Source of the DNA: a virus
Lineage: Duplodnaviria > Caudoviricetes
Length of the DNA stretch: 61,700 nucleotides
Direction: 5' to 3' (one strand)
Virus record (IMG/VR): IMGVR_UViG_3300044681_000784
Coordinates: 1-61,700 of that record
The position numbers and the translations under genes were made by a program. The notes under the pieces are model-generated. The model worked only from the letters and a program-made list of their open reading frames with translations. It made no database searches and was not told the origin of the DNA. Positions 54,621-61,700 of this stretch are shown here, one piece after another (position 1 is the first letter of the stretch; the number at the start of each line of letters is the position of its first letter).

Positions 54621-57600
54621 TTACTTGCCGTATGCCTCGTCCTTTATGGCCTGCATCTCCTTGTCAATCTCTCTGTCCATCTCTTTTATCTCTTCCCTGA
54701 CATCGTATCCGGGAGAGTTCGGGCCGTAAACATCATCGTACAGATCCGGGAAGTACCGCTTCATATCCCCCTTGTTCATGCCACCTTGTTGCTTTTCTTC
54801 TGTATCGGGCCGGTAAGACTCGGTAATTCCAAGCATATCGTACGTTGCAGCGTCTTCCTCCTTTTGGTCGCTCGCACCGAAGAAGTAATTGTAAATGCCA
54901 ATGAACGGATCAAGCTGAGCCCCAATTATAATCTCAATGATAGGCTGAGTCGCTCCCCAAATCTCTCCTTCAGATAAATATTGCTTAGATTTTTGGTACT
55001 TTCTGAACAGTGACATGAATGGGTTTACAGTATCGTCAGCCTTTCTGAAGTCACCTTCTGCGTAGGACACCATGGTCTCTACAGCAGATCCAATAAGTGG
55101 GATTGAGTATATCAGGTTCAAGCCAAGCATGGCATTACGCATAGCCTTCAGTGCCTCTTCCTTGTCCTCTTCATCGCCCTTGATAAACTTGGCAAGGTTG
55201 GCCCCACCAACAAACAGCGCGTTTGTAATAGCTACGTTCAACATTAATCCGCGCACATCTTTTGCTTTAGGTATTTTTCCCTTTGATATGCTCCTCATTA
55301 TGTTGGTAGAGGTCTGAGCAGTCTTGTTCATCATCAAGAAAACTGTACTTCCAAACATGGTGAACAACCTTTGGAACTCATTGTTGCTCATTTGAATTGG
55401 AGACTTCTCGGTAGCTCTTCGAGACTGCTGTGTTGCATTGTAGTTGTTGAAAGCCTCCAACGCTTCAGCTTGAGTAAAGCCTTGCTTTATCATTCTGTTG
55501 TACACAGCCATGTAACCAAGGACGCCTGTGATGTCACCAAGGACTGTAAATGATCCGCCCGATGTTTTAAAAGCCCTTCTTGCTTTGGCCCAAGCAGAAG
55601 ATGATTTAGATATAGGCCGGAACAATCCGGTGCCTGACTCCAAGCCATAAACGTCACCCTCCAAGCCTTGGTCCAACCTGTCCTTTACGTTGGCAGACAT
55701 ATTGTAAGCCTTCTTAATTTGAATTGGCAACGTCGCAATAATGTATGCCATGTCAACCATAAACATGATGTGGTCCAACACAGGAGTAGGCTTCCCTTTC
55801 CTTACTGTGTAGTCTTCAAAAGCTTGTACAAAAGAAATTCCCTGCTTAACAATTTGAATTGCCTTGAAAGCGAGTGCAAAGCCTGTGAACTTGGATGCTA
55901 TCTTACCAACAAAAGTTGATGGCTCACGAGTCATTGACTCAGGATTTATGGCGAAGTTCAGGGCCCTCATTATCATGGGCTTTGTTCCTGTCTGTTCAAG
56001 GAGTGTAACCACATCTTGAAGCTTGAAAATCTGAGCAATCTTCCGGACTCCAACCGCCATGGCCTTGTATTTCTCCATTGACCGGAAGTGAGCGTCAAGA
56101 ACTGATGTAAAGTCGGCACCATCGATATCGATCTCGCCCTTGGTGTCTGTCCTCTCCTTAAGTGCCGGAGCTGTTTCTGCATTGAACGTAGATCCAAAGT
56201 CACCGGACTCCAACACCTTGCCATCAATTCTTGTTTGAATGGTTTTGGTCGGGAAGTAGTTGCTGACGTATCCAAGGTTTACGTTATTAACGTATGAGTA
56301 CACGTTGTTTACAGAGTCGAAGTACGAGTTTGACAGGTAGTCAACCACTCCATCAGCAACAGCCTTTTGCTTATCAGTAAGAGCAGCCTCAATCTCATTG
56401 ATGTCTATGCCCATTTCAATGAGCTTCTTCCTCTGAACATCGTTCTTACTTAGAGCGTAAAGCCTTAGTATTTGATCGAGGTTAAGTGGTGACTTGTATG
56501 TTCCAACCTGAAGAAAAACAGGGGGGCCACTCAAACTTCTTGTGAAGTCCTTGTAGTTTTTAAATCCATTTGCCCGGGCCAATCCATCAAGCATTAAAAT
56601 CTGATTGAAGTATCCTCTCTTGGTAGCCTCATCCATCCTGTTTAGCGCATCGTATACGTTCTTCTTGAAGAAGTCACCTCCCTTGTCCAACACATTCAAA
56701 AGAGTACCAAGGTGGTATATCTTCTTACGCATGAAGTCATGAAAACCGGTTACAGTTTGGAAGTCTATGGTCTTTACCCAACCCTTAATCCCTTCCCAAA
56801 TCTTTAGGCTCCGGAAGTTTTCCCATATCATTCTCCTTTCTGCAGCAAGTTGGTTCTTTCCTTTCAGAGTTCCATCTTCGTTGTAAAGTATGCCAAAGTC
56901 AGCCTGAATTTGGTCCTTTGCCTGTTGGTTCAGCGATGATATCTCACTGCTAAGGACAAGCTTGTCAGCCTTCAGTCTAACGATACCTTCCGATGCGATC
57001 TCCTTCAGTCTTTGAGCAAGCATATTGAGTGCTTCCATGTGCTGCCATGGGCTCGGAGAAACACCTGTACTTGTAAAGCCTGTCAGAAAATCTCTGACAA
57101 CTTCCAACTCCTGCAAGGCAACCGTAGTGTTAAACGCAGCTCTCTCCTGAGAGGTAAGCTCCTCCCCGTTGTCTAACTTCTGCTGAACAACGTCAAGGTC
57201 AATACCCTTTAAAGCCAACACAGCCGGATCTACAGAGTCCATTATCCTGTCGATTGCGCTTGAGTCTCCGTCTCTCGCCTCCATTGTTATGGCCCTGAAC
57301 ACAGACTTCATCGTGGCGAATAGAGATTGGGTGTCGGCATCAACCCTTCCTGCCCTTCTCTTCCCTGACTGAGTAGAACTAATCTTGGCAGCCTTGTTTA
57401 TTATAGCAGAGATTTCTTTCACCTTAGCCTTGCTCATCTTTGTCAACTGCCGAGTAACAACGTCGAGAACCTTTTGAGCTTGCTCGCTAAAGTTATCAAG
57501 AGTTGTGTTGGTGATGGCTGAGATCAACCTGTTGATTTGAGCCTGAGTAAATGCTGAAGACTTTGGAAGCGTTGTCCTTATGTAGTTCTTCAATTGAATC

Positions 57601-60600
57601 TGAGCAGCAAGAAGCTGTTTTCTTCCTGTTCTCATGTCTCTTATCTCTTTACGCTGAGCTTTCAGAGTAGCTTCAATCTCCTTCTTTGCCATCAACTCCT
57701 TCTGCTTCTCAATCAAATTGAGAACGCGCTCGGCCTGAGCGTTGAAGTTATTGACATCTGTACTGCCAACCAACCTTACAAGACGCTCTATTCGGGCCGG
57801 GCTGAAGCCACTTGTTTGTGGCAACACATCGGAGATGAAGTCTATGAGCTTCTTCTGAGCAGCAGCAAGTTCTTTGATGCCCATCTTCTTGGCCGCCAAT
57901 CCCTTTTTAATCTGAGAAATCTGAGCGTCCACAGACCTGTTGGCCCGGGTAGATAGAGATTGGTCAAAGCCAATCAACAACTCGTCCTGCACAATCTTTG
58001 CTTGGGCCTTGAATATCGGATGATCCTTTAATAGTTCGATGGCCTTTTGCCGGACCTCAGACATGGTCCTTGTCCTTTCCTTGCCATCCGCTTCCTTCAC
58101 CTTCTTGCGAGCGTACTTGCTCAACTGCTGACGAACATCAGCGTACATCTTCATCCCTTCTTTTACCCCACCCTGTACGTTTGTAAATGACTGAGGTAGG
58201 TTGGTCATAAGGTCCACCTTTACCTCCAAGGCAGTGTTTATATCACCGGCCTTAAACCCACGACGCAAAAGTATTTCCTTGATGGACTGATCGGAGAAAC
58301 CATTTGCCCGGCCAAGGTCTATGATGCTCTGCATGGAGTCTTCGGCCCGGGCCATGGCGGTAAGGCTTCTCATTGACTCAAGCTGCTTGTCAGAGATCTT
58401 CATGTCCTCACCTTGAATCATGTCGGCAATAGCGGTTTCGATAAACTTATCCAAAGACAGATCCTGAATTTCTTCAATGCTCAGGTCTTTTGACATTTTA
58501 AATTTGTTACGGACATACTCCCACATGGCAAACAAGAACTCCTGAAACTTAGACTTGGTTGCCGCATCAGAAATTTGCTGTCCTTTATTACCTATGAGTA
58601 TTGCCAACATCTCGTTCAATGCTGCCGCTTCATTGCCATCGAACTCTTCCATCTGTCTTTCGAACATGGCCTTCAACTTGGGATCGGTCTTGATTCCCTC
58701 CTTTAAAACGGATATACCACGCTCAAGTAATTGCCGGCCCTTGCTGCCGGGCTCAGAGGTTGCCAACATATTAAGCCAAACGTGACCGAACTCATGTATG
58801 ACAGTATTGAACATATCAGATTCTGAGTTGTGCACGTCGGGGTTTATGTAGATGTCTCCATTGGCAGTAACACCATAGAGGATCGCATCCCCTTTCATCT
58901 GAAGCCTTGTCCCTGATTCTGCTATAATATTATTGAAAGCTTCGGCTGTTGTATAAACCGAAACATTTGGGAATGTTCTGTTGATAAGAGAAATCAACTG
59001 CATTGCTTTTGTTCTGCTGTTGCCTACAAACCTTCCCATAAACTCAGGTAACCCCATACCTACCCCAAGAGCACTTGATGGTGGTAGGGGTTTTTTCTTT
59101 GCAGACAAAGCCTCTATGTTTTTTCCAATTATAGCACCGTAGGCTGAAGGCATTACACTTTGCACAGGCAAAGGTTTACTTAAAACACCAAAAGACATTC
59201 CTTCGGCACCATATTCATAGTTTGGATGATCAACATTGATCACACCACCTGCTTCTTTGTACGATCCGTCAGGCTGTTTTTCTGCCACCTTAACTCCTAC
59301 TATTGATGTGACCGATCCGATTGGGACATTAGCTACGGATGGATCAGCTATCACATCGATTATAGACTGTATGTGCAGAAGAGCGTTATTCTTTGTCTTA
59401 CCGATGATAGCTTTTATAAATTTATTTGTAGGAGGATTAAAAGTTTTTGTTTTAGTCGATGCGCTTCCCGAGGTAATCATTTTGATTAAAGCTGCACGAG
59501 GTCCCAAAGGCATATCAAAAATAGCACTTAAAACGTCTTCAAGACTTGAAGCATCTTTTAGTATATCAGCAGCAGAATTTGAATCCTTTTCAGATTTTGA
59601 TATTGTCTTTTTCTTTTCTCCTCTTTTTTCTCTTAGCTTATTCTCCTTTTCCTGTACCGCATATTTTTCTTTTGCGTTTATTAGGATTCTTTTCAACTCT
59701 TTAAAAGCGGCTTTCTTTTTAGTTTCAGAAAGGTTCATAGAGTTAATCCTATCAACAACAACCCTTGACAAAGCCTCGTTTGAAAGGATAGAATCTTCCC
59801 CCATTTTTACAACAAGCATTGGCACCATACCGTCGTACTTCGGATTGTCTGCCCAAAACTTTTCAATTACTTCTTTGTTGTTGTTGTATATTTCACGAGC
59901 CTTTCTTACCTGTTCATTTGCTTTTGGACGCGATACATTCGCCCAAGCCGCTTTTGCAAACCGTTTAATGCCATTGAAACCTAACCCACCAAAGAGTTTC
60001 AATATCTTGTTCCCTGTCACCGGATCTGTAACTCCTTCGTTTGACGCTACGAGATAGTCGGATATGGTTGTGAGTACAGGGACACCATTTAAAATCTCTA
60101 TGCTCACCGTCTCAAGGGGTGTATCAAGCTTTGAGTTAAGCTCATCTACATCTGTTTCCACGTCAGTATCTACCTCTGTTCCTGCTGAGAACTCAACGAG
60201 TGGGCTTTCGAGATTGTTCATCTCGTCAAGTATGGCCTCAAACTCTGCGTCTTCAGTCACTCCTGAATCTTCCCCGGCTTTCCGAGCTTGGGGGGTTTCC
60301 TTGGTTTGCCCCAACAACTCCTCTACCGCTTTAACCAACTCGGGATTGCTTCCGTCTTCCTTTGCCTTGTGGTAGGCTTCGGAGATTTCTTTATTTAACT
60401 CTTTGTCCCTGTAGATATTATTTAAACCTGTGTATGTGTTTATGTTTTTAGACAAACTATACATTCTTGGCTTTTCTCCCCACCCTTCAACTTCATACAC
60501 AGAATCATCTCCTAAATAAACTGCGTAGTGCCTTGCATCATTCTTATCTCCAAATGCTATAATGTCACCAACCTTTAATATTTTTTGCAATTCGGATACA

Positions 60601-61700
60601 ACTTTTTCATTTTTTCCTCCAAATTTAATTTTAAAGTTTACCTTATCAAAAACATCTTTAAATAATCTGTTGTTTACAAGTCTATGACAGAATGCATCAC
60701 AGTTTAAGTATTCTATTTTTTTTGAAATCTCTTCAGCTTTTCTTATAATAAAATTACTTTTTATTTTATCTAAGCCATCCCCATCAATCCCCTCCAACGC
60801 CTTAGCCGTACTCTCTACATCTTGCAATGGATCCTCCCCGGCTTTCCGAGCTTGGGGGCCTTCCGCAAAAATGCTGTCGTAAATCTTACGCATCTCAGGG
60901 TTCAACTCAATGTCAATGTCACTACCAACAATACCATTGTATATCTCTGTCAACCACTCCTTAAACTTGGCAAACACCTTGTTTAACTCCGCAATAGGAG
61001 AACTACCCTCAGCTAAATAACGCTCAAAACCACGAGCAAAATACTCACTCGTTTCAGTAGTCCAACCATTCGTTCCCGCATTCCTTATCACCGCATTACG
61101 CTCAGAAGGTGTTAAATAATGCTCGAAAATATGAGCCATCTCGTGCAAAGGCGTAGATACATTCGGATCGGTTAAGGCGTAAACTACCGCCTGACCATCA
61201 AGGGAAACCATTACCGCACCACGAGCTTGACTATCTGCCTTTTGGAACAAAACAATCTGCTCATCCCTCGCCACATCTTCCGTTTCAGACAACAAAGTTC
61301 CTCTCCTTTGTTCGGGTGTCATGCCCATACGAGTTTGTACGTTTCGGGCTTCTACCTCGCCGGCAAGTTTTCTATATTTAACGTAGGCTTTAAAGTCAAA
61401 TGTTTGCCCGAAAAATGACTTTTTACTACCAACATCTCTATAGCTGCCGCCACGAGCAAACCCTTCGTGAATCTGAACTATATGAGTTAATTCATGCTCA
61501 AGTATAGAATGTATTTTTCTTTTATTCCCACCCTCTACTTCTACTTTAAATAAATACCCATCTTTTGATGGCGTTGCAATTGTAGTTCCTTCGCCAAAAA
61601 AGAAAAAGTTTCTTCCTCTTTCTAAATCAATCCTTACCGGCACTTCTTTTAAAAACGGATATACTTCTAATAACTCTCCTTTATATATTTCCCCTAATTT
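54621..61700 (-). CDS. Giant polyvalent protein, C-terminal part (>2350 aa; frame open to the right edge)
   Basis: Frame continues KLGEIYKGELLEVYPFLKEVP to 61700. LPD23-like HELTH...EGFARGG...AGEVEARNVQ, zincin HEMAH and HEFGH, an NlpC/P60-like insert and a long helical C-terminus. Confidence 0.85.
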   Translation of the reverse strand, partial: KLGEIYKGELLEVYPFLKEVPVRIDLERGRNFFFFGEGTTIATPSKDGYLFKVEVEGGNKRKIHSILEHELTHIVQIHEGFARGGSYRDVGSKKSFFGQTFDFKAYVKYRKLAGEVEARNVQTRMGMTPEQRRGTLLSETEDVARDEQIVLFQKADSQARGAVMVSLDGQAVVYALTDPNVSTPLHEMAHIFEHYLTPSERNAVIRNAGTNGWTTETSEYFARGFERYLAEGSSPIAELNKVFAKFKEWLTEIYNGIVGSDIDIELNPEMRKIYDSIFAEGPQARKAGEDPLQDVESTAKALEGIDGDGLDKIKSNFIIRKAEEISKKIEYLNCDAFCHRLVNNRLFKDVFDKVNFKIKFGGKNEKVVSELQKILKVGDIIAFGDKNDARHYAVYLGDDSVYEVEGWGEKPRMYSLSKNINTYTGLNNIYRDKELNKEISEAYHKAKEDGSNPELVKAVEELLGQTKETPQARKAGEDSGVTEDAEFEAILDEMNNLESPLVEFSAGTEVDTDVETDVDELNSKLDTPLETVSIEILNGVPVLTTISDYLVASNEGVTDPVTGNKILKLFGGLGFNGIKRFAKAAWANVSRPKANEQVRKAREIYNNNKEVIEKFWADNPKYDGMVPMLVVKMGEDSILSNEALSRVVVDRINSMNLSETKKKAAFKELKRILINAKEKYAVQEKENKLREKRGEKKKTISKSEKDSNSAADILKDASSLEDVLSAIFDMPLGPRAALIKMITSGSASTKTKTFNPPTNKFIKAIIGKTKNNALLHIQSIIDVIADPSVANVPIGSVTSIVGVKVAEKQPDGSYKEAGGVINVDHPNYEYGAEGMSFGVLSKPLPVQSVMPSAYGAIIGKNIEALSAKKKPLPPSSALGVGMGLPEFMGRFVGNSRTKAMQLISLINRTFPNVSVYTTAEAFNNIIAESGTRLQMKGDAILYGVTANGDIYINPDVHNSESDMFNTVIHEFGHVWLNMLATSEPGSKGRQLLERGISVLKEGIKTDPKLKAMFERQMEEFDGNEAAALNEMLAILIGNKGQQISDAATKSKFQEFLFAMWEYVRNKFKMSKDLSIEEIQDLSLDKFIETAIADMIQGEDMKISDKQLESMRSLTAMARAEDSMQSIIDLGRANGFSDQSIKEILLRRGFKAGDINTALEVKVDLMTNLPQSFTNVQGGVKEGMKMYADVRQQLSKYARKKVKEADGKERTRTMSEVRQKAIELLKDHPIFKAQAKIVQDELLIGFDQSLSTRANRSVDAQISQIKKGLAAKKMGIKELAAAQKKLIDFISDVLPQTSGFSPARIERLVRLVGSTDVNNFNAQAERVLNLIEKQKELMAKKEIEATLKAQRKEIRDMRTGRKQLLAAQIQLKNYIRTTLPKSSAFTQAQINRLISAITNTTLDNFSEQAQKVLDVVTRQLTKMSKAKVKEISAIINKAAKISSTQSGKRRAGRVDADTQSLFATMKSVFRAITMEARDGDSSAIDRIMDSVDPAVLALKGIDLDVVQQKLDNGEELTSQERAAFNTTVALQELEVVRDFLTGFTSTGVSPSPWQHMEALNMLAQRLKEIASEGIVRLKADKLVLSSEISSLNQQAKDQIQADFGILYNEDGTLKGKNQLAAERRMIWENFRSLKIWEGIKGWVKTIDFQTVTGFHDFMRKKIYHLGTLLNVLDKGGDFFKKNVYDALNRMDEATKRGYFNQILMLDGLARANGFKNYKDFTRSLSGPPVFLQVGTYKSPLNLDQILRLYALSKNDVQRKKLIEMGIDINEIEAALTDKQKAVADGVVDYLSNSYFDSVNNVYSYVNNVNLGYVSNYFPTKTIQTRIDGKVLESGDFGSTFNAETAPALKERTDTKGEIDIDGADFTSVLDAHFRSMEKYKAMAVGVRKIAQIFKLQDVVTLLEQTGTKPMIMRALNFAINPESMTREPSTFVGKIASKFTGFALAFKAIQIVKQGISFVQAFEDYTVRKGKPTPVLDHIMFMVDMAYIIATLPIQIKKAYNMSANVKDRLDQGLEGDVYGLESGTGLFRPISKSSSAWAKARRAFKTSGGSFTVLGDITGVLGYMAVYNRMIKQGFTQAEALEAFNNYNATQQSRRATEKSPIQMSNNEFQRLFTMFGSTVFLMMNKTAQTSTNIMRSISKGKIPKAKDVRGLMLNVAITNALFVGGANLAKFIKGDEEDKEEALKAMRNAMLGLNLIYSIPLIGSAVETMVSYAEGDFRKADDTVNPFMSLFRKYQKSKQYLSEGEIWGATQPIIEIIIGAQLDPFIGIYNYFFGASDQKEEDAATYDMLGITESYRPDTEEKQQGGMNKGDMKRYFPDLYDDVYGPNSPGYDVREEIKEMDREIDKEMQAIKDEAYGK
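60271..60860 (-). repeat. Direct repeats TCCCCGGCTTTCCGAGCTTGGGGG flanking an in-frame 564-nt cassette
   Basis: Copies at 60271-60294 and 60835-60858; third copy at 195-218. Confidence 0.9.

Noticed and set aside
59236-60375. Plus-strand ORFs of 273 and 103 aa
   Set aside because: Antisense to the giant gene, with Ser/Phe/Leu-rich composition typical of shadow frames.
54621-61700. crAss-type virion RNA polymerase
   Set aside because: No convincing catalytic DxDxD in a double-psi-barrel context in the visible parts; the motifs fit a polyvalent protein, and host-type promoters occur throughout. The missing segment could not be inspected.
1-61700. Alternative genetic code or stop-codon reassignment
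   Set aside because: Long genes are intact in the standard code, coding density is high and no suppressor tRNA is present.

Overview
The window covers most of a lytic Bacteroidetes-infecting tailed phage genome, podovirus-like with crAss/Flavobacteria-phage-type structural genes. The host is inferred from recurring TAnnTTTG promoters and the lack of SD motifs. The minus-strand arm (37419 to 1) carries groEL/groES, a cluster of small basic proteins, a lysis cassette (M15 endolysin, u-spanin-like protein, holin), a double-GroES protein, terminase, portal, scaffold, major capsid, ring/nozzle tail proteins, a GNAT and ejection proteins. It ends in a giant gene that runs off the left edge. The plus-strand arm (38184-54616) carries an early region of small genes separated by repeated DNA/RNA elements, tRNA(-like) genes, recombination genes (Sak3-like SSAP, exonuclease, SSB), primase-helicase, SNF2 helicase, MazG and VRR-NUC. 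A giant polyvalent gene enters from the right edge and is probably the 3' part of the gene leaving the left edge. The most striking signals are: (1) an identical 24-27-bp repeat at domain junctions of the giant gene, flanking an AT-rich in-frame NlpC/P60 cassette; (2) a 7.9-kb GATC-free leading region headed by a SAM-lyase-like gene and punctuated by a perfect 18-bp palindrome (x5, once inside a tRNA-like minihelix) and a 30-nt pseudoknot-like repeat (x2); (3) apparent genome-wide absence of CCAG/CTGG; (4) twin origin-like inverted-repeat elements; (5) three tandem basic proteins with a shared N-terminal leader. All family assignments come from motif recognition by eye; no database searches or computations were run.
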